Both the position numbers and the translations under genes were made by a program. Positions 55,112 through 64,000 of a stretch of 64,000 nucleotides of DNA are shown one piece after another (the stretch's first letter is position 1; each line of letters starts with the position of its first letter). Below the pieces are notes generated by a model. It was not told the DNA's origin. It searched no databases and saw nothing but the letters and a program-made list of their open reading frames with translations. The stretch comes from Candidatus Methylophosphatis haderslevensis. Its GTDB lineage: Bacteria > Pseudomonadota > Gammaproteobacteria > Burkholderiales > Rhodocyclaceae. The stretch is from contig JADJSA010000007.1 in NCBI GenBank assembly GCA_016711925.1, forward strand, positions 18,087-82,086, given 5' to 3'.

Positions 55112-55633
55112 TTGCGAGGCGTTTATGATGGCGCCTTTGGTTCCCGCTTGATTTCCGTGACGACAATCCTTTCCTGCCGCAATGGTGCTTTTGCCGTACT
55201 CGGCCTGCTGCTCGCAGCGATCGGTTGCCCGGCAATCGCCGAGCCGCCGGTGCCGCGCGTCGAACTGTCGGCCGGCATCCATCGCATCGAAGCCGAAGTG
55301 GCGAGCGATTTTGCCTCGCGTGCCCAAGGGCTGATGCACCGGCGGCAACTGCCGCCCAACGGTGGCATGCTGTTTGTTTTCGACCACACGACCCGCCATT
55401 GCATGTGGATGCGCAACACGCTGATCCCGCTTGCGGTCGCGTTCATCGACGAACACGGCACAATTCTCAATATCGAGGAAATGGCGCCCGAAACCGAAAC
55501 CAATCATTGTGCCGCTGGGCCCGCGCGCTATGCGCTCGAAATGAATGCGGGCTGGTTCGGCCGGCGCAAGCTTGCGCCCGGCTCGCGCATCGGCGGCATC
55601 GGAGACTTGCGAGGGACGGCCGGCGCCCGGTAA
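55112..55633 (+). CDS. DUF192 (COG1430) family secreted protein
   Basis: GLMHRRQLPPNGGMLFVFD...MWMRNTLIPLAVAFIDEHGTILNIEEM...YALEMNAGWF. The start is uncertain (TTG 55112 or GTG 55157). Confidence 0.7.
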   Translation: MRGVYDGAFGSRLISVTTILSCRNGAFAVLGLLLAAIGCPAIAEPPVPRVELSAGIHRIEAEVASDFASRAQGLMHRRQLPPNGGMLFVFDHTTRHCMWMRNTLIPLAVAFIDEHGTILNIEEMAPETETNHCAAGPARYALEMNAGWFGRRKLAPGSRIGGIGDLRGTAGAR

Positions 55634-55683
55634 GCGGACCAGCCAAAAGAAAACGCGGGTCCGGTTCGGGCCCGCGCCTTTGC

Positions 55684-56196
55684 TCAGCGCCAGCGGTAGC
55701 CTTGATCGTGGCGGTACCGATCGCCATCGCGCCCGTCACGATCGTCACGATCGTCGCGGTATTCGCGATAGTGTTCGGGCACGTGCCGCCGGTGATCGTA
55801 GCGCTCGCGCCAATCGCGGTGCCAACGTGGCGGGTAGGCGATCCGCTCCACCACCACCGGACGGCGTTCGACTACCGTCACGCCCGGGTAGTAGCTTGAC
55901 TGCGGCACCTCCGGGTAATAGCCCGACCGCGCGGGCGGCGGGTAGTATTCGCGCGGGGCTTCGTTATGAGTGCGCTCGTAGCGGCCCTCGGCGTGGGCGA
56001 TCGAGGCGCCCGTCACCGCACCGACCGCGCCGCCGATGACCGCGCCGCGGTCGCCGCCGACACTGTGACCGATCACCGCGCCGACGCCCGCGCCAAGCAG
56101 CGCGCCGATCACCGAATCGTCACCGGCAAGCGCCGGGGTGGCGGTAGCACCGGCGGCGCCGATCAACGCCGCCATCGCAAACATCTTCTTCAGCAT
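55684..56196 (-). CDS. glycine-zipper (Gly-zipper_2TM) outer-membrane protein with charged Arg/Asp/Tyr-rich tail
   Basis: Signal peptide, GALLGAGVGAVIGHSVGGDRGAVIGGAVGAVTGASIA, and a C-terminal RDDRDDRDGRDGDRYRHDQGYRWR low-complexity tail. Confidence 0.7.
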   Translation of the reverse strand: MLKKMFAMAALIGAAGATATPALAGDDSVIGALLGAGVGAVIGHSVGGDRGAVIGGAVGAVTGASIAHAEGRYERTHNEAPREYYPPPARSGYYPEVPQSSYYPGVTVVERRPVVVERIAYPPRWHRDWRERYDHRRHVPEHYREYRDDRDDRDGRDGDRYRHDQGYRWR

Positions 56197-56332
56197 CTGG
56201 TAACCCTCCGGGTGTATCGCCTCGCCAAACGGCGCTGCGTACCGACATTAACGTCGGCCGGAGCGGGTCGAGGACTGCTGAAACGCCCGCTTACAATGTC
56301 TTACCACGGCTTGACGATGCTGCTTCCCCCGC

Positions 56333-58777
56333 TCAACGAATCACGAAGTCGAATCGCAGCGGTGCTACCAGATTGGAAAACTCCTTGTACACCGCGCTAC
56401 CCAGTTGCGGCACCGCCAGCCTGCCGGACCAGCCCTTCAGTCGGCTGCACGCATAGGCACCGCTCGAATTGGTGACGGAGCAAAGCGCGTCGCCGGCCTT
56501 GACCGCGACACCGGCTCTGGCCCTGCCCTTCACGGTTACGCGCCCGCTGATCCCGATCGCCGGCCGAGTACCGCTGAAGTTCGCGGTCAACCGGGCAACG
56601 ATGTTGTTGAAGGCAATGCTCGCCGGCGAGAACGTGGTGCCGAGGAACGATGCGCTGACTGTGCCGCTGCCATGACTCATCAGGTTGCAGCTGTAGCCGC
56701 CCGCCGCATTGGTGAGCGAGCAGGTGGCGCCGGTCGCCGTGACCTTGACGCCGGCAACCGGCACGCCGTTGATCCGCACCACGCCGCCGATGGTCACCGG
56801 CGCCGCGGTCGAGACACCTGCGAAATTGCGCGCTTCGGATGACTGCAGGTTGTTGTAGCTTGCCGACTGCGGGGCGAACGTAACCGCGCCTGCCGATGCC
56901 GAAATGGTGCCGCTCCAGCCGCTGTCGAAGCTGCAGGCGTACATGCCGGTTGAATTGCTGGTGGCGCAGGTTGCACCGTTGGCGAGCACGCCGACGTTTG
57001 CCGCTGCCTTGCCGTCGATGGTGATCACCCCGGCGATGCTGACCCGGCCCGCCGTGGTGGTGGCCCGGAATGCCGAGAACGGTGCGCGTGTGATGCCCAG
57101 CGCCCGGGCGTTGTCCGCGCTGCTGGCAGCGTCGCTGCTGGAGACGCCGCACGCCGTGCCGTTGCACGACATGTCGAGCGGATTGGAGAAGCGCACCACC
57201 ACCGGATAGATGTAGCTCATGATGGTGCCGAACTGGCCCGACTTGCCGTAGCCGTATGCATAGGGCAGGGCGCCGCTGCCGCCGCCTTGTCGCGCCACGG
57301 TTTCGCGGTCGTGCATCAGGCCCATGTTGTGGCCGAGTTCATGGGCGAAGGTGGTGTCGGTGCAGTAATACGACTGGCCCTTGACGTCCTTGCCTTCCGA
57401 GACCACCGCGTAGGCGTAGTCGGCGTAGGCGCTCATCGGGGTGCCGCCGTAGCCGCCGACGTAGCCGACGCCGCAGTTGCCGCCCTGGCCGTTCATGTCG
57501 AACGGCCGCACCAGCAGTACGCCATCGGCGCCGGTGGAATTGCGCAGCGCCGGAATCGACGCGAATGCGCCGCTGCCGCTGCGCAGTTGGCCGAGGGTCG
57601 TGCTGTTGCTGGTGTTGTCGGCGATGTCGACCCGCTGCAGCCCGACCCGCCGCAGGGTGATGCCGACGTTGCCGTTGCTGTAGGCCTGGTTCGCCAGCGA
57701 GATGAAGTAGTCGATGCGGTTGGCCGCGCCGGCTTCGCCGCCATAGCGGCTGACCAGACCGGGCGTATAGAGCACGAGCACATCGACCACCGTGTTGCCG
57801 GTCGACGTGTCCGCGCTCGCGGTTGGCGTACCGGCGCTGCCGGTTGCCGCCGTCGCGCCGGCGGCGAACGCCTCGGCATGGCCGGCAGCGGTGGGGGGGG
57901 CCACCGCGTCGTCATCCTTGGCGGTCGGGTTGTGGCGCAGCCCCGACGAGGCGGTGTCGATCAGCCAGGTTTCGCCCGGCTTGCCGGAAACCAGCCATTC
58001 GCCGGTCGGTCCCTGGATGGCGCCGGTCGTGCTGCCGTCGACGCTGTAGGTCAGCACCACCGGATAGTCGCGGCCGTACTGGGTCAGGTAGCCGATCCAG
58101 GTCGAGGTGCCGGTCGGCGAAACCAGCGTCTTTTCGTAGGTCACGTTCTGCTGCAGCCCGGGCAGCGCCAGATCGACTTGTCCGCCCGGTTCGACGGCGG
58201 CCAGATCCGCCAGGTTGAGCGCGACCGGATAGGCCACATCGGCCGGTTTCCCCGCAAAAGCCGGCTCGCCCGGGCGCGTCCGGTCTGCATCGGAGGACTT
58301 CACGCCAGCGGCAGCGCCACTGTCGGTCGCCGTTTCGCGCAGCACAAACAACGGCGGCGGGATATCGGCCAGTTCGGCCTGAAGCTGTTCCGCCGGAGTG
58401 TCGAGCAGCCATTGCACGCCGTCTACCAGCCCGAGCCGCAGCGGGCGACCGGGCAGGTCGAGCAATCCGGTGGCGCCTTCGGGGCGAATCTGGAAACTCA
58501 GTTTGTGTCCGGCGCTGCCGGCCACATGACCGTCCCAGTGCCGCACGCCGGGGGCCACGACCATGCGGTCACAGGTGATCCGGTAGGGCTGCTGGCCGAG
58601 AATCAGTTCGAGCTCGCCGCATTGCGCGAAGCCTTGCGTCGAAACGCTTGCCCGCTGGGCGCCTGCGGCATCGCCGGCCTGCAGTGCCGGCGCCTGCGCC
58701 GCGTGCGCGCGGTCGCCGAGGCAGAAGAAGAATGGCAGGCACAGGATCGTGCGCCGGAGTCTCGAAGGCAAGTCCAT
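56333..58777 (-). CDS. secreted metzincin (reprolysin/M12B-like) zinc metalloprotease with three C-terminal ~80-aa tandem domains
   Basis: Start at MDLPSRLRRTILCLPFFF (58777). HELGHNMGLMHD (HExxHxxGxxHD). Three repeats of the pattern G.V...G.....V.V.A.GA.C...N..G.Y.C....GWSG. Confidence 0.8.
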   Translation of the reverse strand: MDLPSRLRRTILCLPFFFCLGDRAHAAQAPALQAGDAAGAQRASVSTQGFAQCGELELILGQQPYRITCDRMVVAPGVRHWDGHVAGSAGHKLSFQIRPEGATGLLDLPGRPLRLGLVDGVQWLLDTPAEQLQAELADIPPPLFVLRETATDSGAAAGVKSSDADRTRPGEPAFAGKPADVAYPVALNLADLAAVEPGGQVDLALPGLQQNVTYEKTLVSPTGTSTWIGYLTQYGRDYPVVLTYSVDGSTTGAIQGPTGEWLVSGKPGETWLIDTASSGLRHNPTAKDDDAVAPPTAAGHAEAFAAGATAATGSAGTPTASADTSTGNTVVDVLVLYTPGLVSRYGGEAGAANRIDYFISLANQAYSNGNVGITLRRVGLQRVDIADNTSNSTTLGQLRSGSGAFASIPALRNSTGADGVLLVRPFDMNGQGGNCGVGYVGGYGGTPMSAYADYAYAVVSEGKDVKGQSYYCTDTTFAHELGHNMGLMHDRETVARQGGGSGALPYAYGYGKSGQFGTIMSYIYPVVVRFSNPLDMSCNGTACGVSSSDAASSADNARALGITRAPFSAFRATTTAGRVSIAGVITIDGKAAANVGVLANGATCATSNSTGMYACSFDSGWSGTISASAGAVTFAPQSASYNNLQSSEARNFAGVSTAAPVTIGGVVRINGVPVAGVKVTATGATCSLTNAAGGYSCNLMSHGSGTVSASFLGTTFSPASIAFNNIVARLTANFSGTRPAIGISGRVTVKGRARAGVAVKAGDALCSVTNSSGAYACSRLKGWSGRLAVPQLGSAVYKEFSNLVAPLRFDFVIR

Positions 58778-59097
58778 CTGAATCCCCTGTTGGTTCGCAA
58801 ATCGATCACAAGGCGACGCAGCGTGGAACTCGCGCGCAGGCGCGATGCGGGCAGTGACGGACCCGTTCCGACGGCCCCGCTGCCGTGCGTCCGGGACGAA
58901 CCTGCGCGCTTGCACCGCGGTTCGCCCGGCCGTGTAGGCCGGAAGCTTTGCGTCTCCGGGCTTTCGCCCGGGTTGCCCTTTGTGTGCAGTACGATTTCAG
59001 CCAGCGCCGGCATCGACTACACGTTGGGATGACCTACGGCGGATGCGCGGCGGACTTGAGGGGTGGGGCCGTGATATTGATCACGCCCGGTTGCCGA

Positions 59098-60015
59098 TCA
59101 GCCGAGATCGCGGCAGTCGCGCCCGCCGAAGGTGCGCGAGAAGCCGCCGCCGCCCGCGCCGGCGCGGGCCGGCAGAATGCAGATCTGGAACGACAGCGAA
59201 TCGTTGTTGCGGCGGATGTCCGGCGGAAAGGCGGCAAAGGGCGCCGCCCGTTCGACTACGCGGCGCACGTAGTCGATCTCGGATTGCTGGTCGGCGGCGC
59301 TGAGGATGCGATAGCGGCGCAGCGTGCCGTCGGCATTGAGCTGCACCTGCACCACCGCCACGTCAGCTCCATGCTCGCGCCGGTCTTTGGAGACGAAGGT
59401 CGCGCTGCGATTGAGCTTCTGCACGAAGGCTTCGAAATACAGCTCCATCGACAGCGGATTCCCGCCGTCCTCGTTGCGCGCCGCGCGCGGCGTGCGGAAC
59501 GGCGCCTCGCGTCGGTTGTCGGCCGCTTCGTCGGCGCTGCCGCGGGCGAGGTTGCGCGCCATCGCCAGCGCCTGCTGCGACAAGTCGGTAGCGGGCGGTT
59601 GCGGCAGCGGCCGGATCTCCTCGAGGAAGCGCGCCGTTGCTTCCCGCCGCGCCTGCACTTCGGCCTGGGTCGGCTGCTCGATCGCCGGGCGGTTGGGCGC
59701 GGGCGGCGCGGTCAGCCGGTCCGGCCGGCTGGCGGTCGAGCGCAACGGCTTGCGGCGCGGCGCCGTCGGGGGCGGGGCCGGCGCTGCGCTGGCGACCGGC
59801 GGCGCACGCGGTGCGGCAGGCGGTGCGAGCGTCACATCCAGTCGTTCGCTGCGCTCGTCGCCGAGCGAGCGCGGCCGTTCCACCGGCGCCGCCCCGCGCA
59901 GCAGCAGCAAGCCGGCGTGCAGGCAAAGCGAAATCGCCAGCGCCACCGCGATGCGTCGATCGGTGTGCAGGATGGCGGGACGCTTGAGCGAGACGGAATC
60001 GAGATAGGACGTCAC
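59098..60015 (-). CDS. TonB_C-like domain membrane protein with Pro-rich linker
   Basis: TM segment (IAVALAISLCLHAGLLLL), Pro/Ala-rich spacer, and a C-terminal ~90 aa with a TonB_C-like pattern (VAVVQVQLNADGTLRRYRILSAADQQSEIDYVRRVVERAAPFAAFP). Confidence 0.55.
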   Translation of the reverse strand: MTSYLDSVSLKRPAILHTDRRIAVALAISLCLHAGLLLLRGAAPVERPRSLGDERSERLDVTLAPPAAPRAPPVASAAPAPPPTAPRRKPLRSTASRPDRLTAPPAPNRPAIEQPTQAEVQARREATARFLEEIRPLPQPPATDLSQQALAMARNLARGSADEAADNRREAPFRTPRAARNEDGGNPLSMELYFEAFVQKLNRSATFVSKDRREHGADVAVVQVQLNADGTLRRYRILSAADQQSEIDYVRRVVERAAPFAAFPPDIRRNNDSLSFQICILPARAGAGGGGFSRTFGGRDCRDLG

Positions 60016-60103
60016 GGCGGGTCGAGGGCTGGGTGGGTGTGCGGACAGGCGGGCAACTGCGAGTGCGAGAGGTTACCGCAAAGCCGGCGACATCCGCGCC
60101 CGG

Positions 60104-60175
60104 CCAGGAGCCGCATGGAATGGCGGTCTACGCCTGTCGATGGCCGGAGAGAGCCTGTCCATGCGGCTCTCGGCG
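60104..60175. repeat. REP-like element, copy C
   Basis: CCAGGAGCCGCATGGAATGGCGGT...CCATGCGGCTCTCGG has the same core and closing inverted repeat as copies A and B. Confidence 0.65.
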
Positions 60176-60188
60176 ATGTGCCTTCGTG

Positions 60189-61178
60189 ATGTCGGTATTT
60201 GTGGCAATTGCAAGAGCTTGCCATAATGCCGGGATCGTCGACGGTTCGTCATTGTCATGGAAAAGGCGCACGTTCTTGAAGCCATCTGAGTTGCGGCGCA
60301 CCTTGCGCACTGCCTTTCTGTCCTTGATCGCCGCTGCGGCGCTGCCGGCATCGGCGGCTGCGCCGGCCGATTTCAAGGGCTGGTGCGAGTCCCTGGCGCA
60401 ACGTCTGCCATCGATCAGCACGGCGCGTTGTACCGGCGCGGCGCTGCGCCAGGGCGATGGCCGTTCGGTGCAGGGGGTGCCGCTGTGGCATCACGACATC
60501 ACGCCGCGGGTGCAGCCGGCGCTGCTCAAGGTGCTGGTGCTCGGCGGCATCCACGGCGACGAGGGCGCGTCGGTTTCGCTGGTGTTCGACTGGATCGCGC
60601 GGGCGAGCGATACCGACGTCGACCGCGTGCAATGGCGCATGGTGCCGCTGGTCAATCCGGACGGTTTTCTGCGCCGCCCGGCAACGCGGGTCAACTCGCG
60701 CGGCGTCGACCTCAACCGCAACTTCCCCACCACCGACTGGACCAGCAATGCGCAGCGCTACTGGGTCGAACGCACCGGACGCGACCCGCGGCGCTTTCCC
60801 GGCCAGCGCGCGATGTCCGAGCCGGAAACGCAATGGGTGCACAAGCAGATCGAACAGTTCAAGCCCGACCTGATCGTTTCGGTGCATGCGCCTTACGGCG
60901 TGCTCGACTTCGACGGTCCGCCGCCGGCACCGGAAAAACTCGGCAGCCTTTTCCTCGACCAGGTCGGCATCTACCCGGGATCGCTGGGCAACTACGGCGG
61001 CGTCGGCAAGGGCGTGCCGGTGGTCACCATCGAACTCAAGCATGCGCTCAAGCTGCCGGGTAGCGAAATGGCCTCGATGTGGGCCGATCTGCAGGACTGG
61101 ATCGACCGTCGCCTGCTGCGCCTGGCGCGCGCGGCGGAAGCGGAACCGGCGGCACGACACCACGCGCGTCATGATTGA
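60189..61178 (+). CDS. M14-family zinc carboxypeptidase (MpaA-like murein peptide amidase)
   Basis: GGIHGDEGAS (HxxE Zn ligands), VPLVNPDG, SRGVDLNRNF, SVHAPYGVLDFDG. The start is uncertain because the upstream part of the track ORF runs through REP copy C. Confidence 0.75.
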   Translation: MSVFVAIARACHNAGIVDGSSLSWKRRTFLKPSELRRTLRTAFLSLIAAAALPASAAAPADFKGWCESLAQRLPSISTARCTGAALRQGDGRSVQGVPLWHHDITPRVQPALLKVLVLGGIHGDEGASVSLVFDWIARASDTDVDRVQWRMVPLVNPDGFLRRPATRVNSRGVDLNRNFPTTDWTSNAQRYWVERTGRDPRRFPGQRAMSEPETQWVHKQIEQFKPDLIVSVHAPYGVLDFDGPPPAPEKLGSLFLDQVGIYPGSLGNYGGVGKGVPVVTIELKHALKLPGSEMASMWADLQDWIDRRLLRLARAAEAEPAARHHARHD

Positions 61179-61824
61179 GCGATCCGCCCGCCTGGCCGCC
61201 GCCGTGGTCCTGGCGCTGCTGGTGCCGCTGCTGATCGCCGGCAAGGCTAAAGCCGGCGGCGAGTTGTTCGATGGCTGCGTCGACGCGCGCGCCCGGCCGG
61301 TTCAGAGCACGATCGACTACGGCCTGCCGCAACTCGCGCACGCGGCGATGGAAAATGGCAGAGCCGTCGTGCGTTACAACCCGGCCCTGATGCCCGACCT
61401 GCCCACGCGCGCCCGGCTGTTCTTCTTCGCCCACGAGTGTGCCCGCGTGGCGCTTGGGCAGCCGCTGGGTGCCGAGTGCTCGCTGCAACAAGCGCGGCAG
61501 GCCGATTGCTGGGCGCTGGCGACGCTGCAACGGTCCGGCGAAGCGGACGCAAGCCTCGCGGCCGACCTGGCGGCTCCCGAAATCGACTGGGCTGCCTTGC
61601 CCGGTCCGGCGCGAACCGTCGATCTCGCGGCCTGCGCCAAACCCGCTGGTGCGCTGCGGCTGCCCGACAGTGCGCCGCCGTCGGTCACCCAGTCGCGCCA
61701 GAATCGTTGCGTGCACGCCTGCGGCGATCGGCTGTGGCAATGCCAGAACCGCTGCCGTGACGAAGCCTGTCGCGGCCAATGTCTGGGCCACTACGGTTCC
61801 TGCGAGTCGGCATGCGGCGGCTGA
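61171..61824 (+). CDS. secreted Cys-rich hypothetical protein
   Basis: The ATG overlaps the M14 stop (ATGATTGA). Signal peptide AAAVVLALLVPLLIAGKAKA, FFFAHECARVALG segment, C-terminal CVHACGDRLWQCQNRCRDEACRGQCLGHYGSCESACGG. Confidence 0.55.
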   Translation: MIERSARLAAAVVLALLVPLLIAGKAKAGGELFDGCVDARARPVQSTIDYGLPQLAHAAMENGRAVVRYNPALMPDLPTRARLFFFAHECARVALGQPLGAECSLQQARQADCWALATLQRSGEADASLAADLAAPEIDWAALPGPARTVDLAACAKPAGALRLPDSAPPSVTQSRQNRCVHACGDRLWQCQNRCRDEACRGQCLGHYGSCESACGG

Positions 61825-61907
61825 TCCCGGGCAGGATTTGCGCCGGCCGAGAAACTTCGCTGGCGCCGGGCGCTCCAATCCTGCGAGCCCGACGATGGAG
61901 AGGCAAA

Positions 61908-62186
61908 ATGTCAATGCGTGCGATTGCGCTGCTTGGCGCGCTGGCTTTGCTGGCCGCTTGCGCAACTCCCGCCGAACGCGCGGCACAGATGGAGCGCGAG
62001 GTGGAGGGGATGGTCCGGATCTACGGCCCGGCCTGCACCAAGCTCGGCTACAAGCCGGACACCGATCCGTGGCGCGACTGCGTGCTTAATCTCAACGATC
62101 AGGAGAATACGCGGCGCTATTCGACCCGGCCGATGAGCACCACCTGCTTCGGCCATCGCGGGTTCTACCACTGTTCGGCGTTCTGA
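61908..62186 (+). CDS. small lipoprotein (92 aa)
   Basis: GGAGAGG RBS, MSMRAIALLGALALLAAC lipobox. Confidence 0.6.
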   Translation: MSMRAIALLGALALLAACATPAERAAQMEREVEGMVRIYGPACTKLGYKPDTDPWRDCVLNLNDQENTRRYSTRPMSTTCFGHRGFYHCSAF

Positions 62187-62237
62187 ACCCGGCTTCGACC
62201 TTCACGCGCTACACTTGCGCCGGTGCGTAGCGGCCGG

Positions 62238-63902
62238 TCAGCGCTTAGGCGGCGCCAGCCACAGCTCGTAGTGACGCGCCACGGCTGCCGCTTCGTGGCC
62301 GGTGATCTGCCTGACCCGCAAACCCGATACGCCGAGCTTGCCCAGCGCCCGCGCGAGGTAATTCGCTTCATCGCGTTCGCCGCCACGGAAGTAGCGCAGG
62401 TCGGCCTGGGTCGGTCCGCTCTCGTCGACGCCGATGCCCGAGACCACGATGCCCTGGCGCGCCAGACCGCTGGCAACGCTGCGGGCCTGTGCGCGTTGCG
62501 ATTCGCTGCGGATGTGGATGAACAGCATCGGGTCGTTCTCCGCGTTGGCCACTGCGCGCACTTTTTTTGCCGCTAGCGGCGGGCCGGGCGGCGCATCGAC
62601 CTTGAAGGCCGGCGGCGAATCGGCCTTCGCCGCGACGGTCGGCGGCGCGAGGGCGATTTTCGCCAGTTTGGTCGCTGGCGTCAGCGATGTCCCGGGCCGG
62701 CCGGCTGGCGTTTCCGCCAGGGTCGGCGCGGGCGGCATCGCGCCGGGCGGCGTCGCTGCGCTGGCCTCGGCCGGCGGCGACGGCTGCGACGGTGCTTGAG
62801 ATGGTGGCTGTGGCATCGCTTGGGTTGCGGTTGACGCAGATGGCGCCGGCCCGGATTGTGCAGTAGCCGCCGGTGCGGCAGGCGGGGCCGGCGCTGGCCC
62901 CGCTGACTGCGATCTTTCGGCGATATTCGCCGGTTCGGGCGCGGGCGGCGGGCCGGGTGGTGGCGCCACTGTGGTCGGCGGCGGCGCCGGATCGAGCGCA
63001 CGCGCCAGCCGCTCGCCCGGGTCGGGCGCCTGGTAATGCCGGAACAGTGCGATGCCCGCGCCCAGCGCGATCACCAGTGCCGCCGCGACCGCGCCGTTGC
63101 GCCAGCGTGCGATGGCCTCGCGGCGTGCCCGGCGGCGCAGTATGGCCTCGGTCGCCGAACTGTCGATCTGCTCGTCGGCGAGGGCGGAGAAACCCTCGGG
63201 CAGCGGCTCCTCGGCGGTTGCGCCCGGCGAGAATGCTGCCTGCGCCGGCTCTTCCTCGCGAGCCGGCTCGACCGATGTCTCTGGCATAGCGGCGAGCCGA
63301 ACCACACTGCTGCAGGCACCACCGATGCGCGCCGTCAGCCGCACCAGCAACGTTTCGCTCGAGTCGCTGACCACCACCAGAAACCGGCTGTGGGGCGGAC
63401 TTTCGACGACGGCTTCGGCCAACTGCTCGGCGAACCGCGCGTTTCGCGCGTCCAGCGGTTCGGCTGCGAGATTGCGCTCGTATTGATCGAGCACGATGAT
63501 GAAGTTGGCGCCGAACTGGTCGGCCCAGTGCGCCAGCGTCCGGGCCAGCGTGCGCCGGCCCGAACGCGCGGGCGAAATCACCGTGCCGGTGGCGCTGCTC
63601 AGCGCGGCGGCGATCGCCTCGCCCAGCGCCAGCAGCGGATCGCCCGACCACTGGTCGAACAGCACGACAACGTCGCCGCACCCGCCGCCAGGTGGCCGTT
63701 CGCGCAATCCGGCGCAGGCGATCGCCGCTGCGCGTGCGAACTGCGAGGTGGCCGCGCCGCGGGAGCCGATCAGCAGGGTCAGCGGCGATATCAGCATCAT
63801 CTGAACCAGGTCGCCGAAAGGGTCGGCCGGCGCTTCACCGCCAGCCGGTCCGCAATCCGCTGCCTGGCGGTTTTCTGTCTCCGGTTCGATTGCGCCATTC
63901 AT
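62238..63902 (-). CDS. membrane-anchored protein: degenerate NTPase-like N-domain, TM, Pro-rich linker, LytR_C-like C-domain
   Basis: N-terminal LLIGSRGAATSQF (P-loop position without GK[ST]) and IIVLDQYE (Walker-B-like). TM segment AVAAALVIALGAGIALF. ~170-aa Pro/Ala linker. C-terminus LFIHIRSESQRAQARSVASGLARQGIVVSGIG...ADLRYFRGGERDEANYLARALG. Confidence 0.55.
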   Translation of the reverse strand: MNGAIEPETENRQAADCGPAGGEAPADPFGDLVQMMLISPLTLLIGSRGAATSQFARAAAIACAGLRERPPGGGCGDVVVLFDQWSGDPLLALGEAIAAALSSATGTVISPARSGRRTLARTLAHWADQFGANFIIVLDQYERNLAAEPLDARNARFAEQLAEAVVESPPHSRFLVVVSDSSETLLVRLTARIGGACSSVVRLAAMPETSVEPAREEEPAQAAFSPGATAEEPLPEGFSALADEQIDSSATEAILRRRARREAIARWRNGAVAAALVIALGAGIALFRHYQAPDPGERLARALDPAPPPTTVAPPPGPPPAPEPANIAERSQSAGPAPAPPAAPAATAQSGPAPSASTATQAMPQPPSQAPSQPSPPAEASAATPPGAMPPAPTLAETPAGRPGTSLTPATKLAKIALAPPTVAAKADSPPAFKVDAPPGPPLAAKKVRAVANAENDPMLFIHIRSESQRAQARSVASGLARQGIVVSGIGVDESGPTQADLRYFRGGERDEANYLARALGKLGVSGLRVRQITGHEAAAVARHYELWLAPPKR

Positions 63903-64000
63903 GTCGAATCCCTGCCGCGCGGGCCGGCAACTGCGCCAGCCCGCAAATCCCGTGAGGATGGCTTCGCCCGCGCTTCGATCAGGCGCCGCGCCGCAGCGAT

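Overview
High-GC proteobacterial chromosome segment. Gene content and order look betaproteobacterial (Rhodocyclales/Burkholderiales-like), but that is inference from recalled protein families with no database search. About two thirds is housekeeping: hemN, a Cu P-type ATPase with CopZ, ppa, nadE, glnB, trxB, ftsK, lolA, rarA, serS, tRNA-Ser, an isc locus, aceA, rraA, clpSA, cspA and rluE.

Four parts stand out.

1. An ECF sigma/anti-sigma pair (16189-17452) lies divergent from a 9.4-kb minus-strand envelope operon (15726-6331). The operon encodes a TpsB/ShlB-type transporter, an Ala/Pro-rich secreted protein, a secreted WD40-caspase, an OmpA-like protein, two small repeat proteins and a CsgG-like lipoprotein. 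The motif TTGAACC-N16-CGAC(T/A) occurs three times, each time in front of a transcription unit of this locus. This is my best candidate for an undescribed system.

2. An accessory block downstream of tRNA-Ser (30352-36760) looks like a phosphate-starvation module. It carries a metallophosphoesterase, GlpQ, a PlcP-like/glycosyltransferase pair and PiT, with two Pho-box-like repeats. It ends in an IS21-family element that truncates pit.

3. The isc locus is non-canonical: iscS-iscU-erpA-iscA-hscA, with no iscR, hscB or fdx. It is bracketed by the IS21 element and a decayed IS4/IS5-like element.

4. An ~80-nt REP-like palindromic element occurs at five intergenic sites.

Many genes, including trxB, carry single-base frame breaks or in-frame stops. 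This argues for consensus or assembly errors, with real decay more likely in the IS-associated genes. No CRISPR array, rRNA or prophage was seen. All protein calls rest on motif recognition from the supplied translations.
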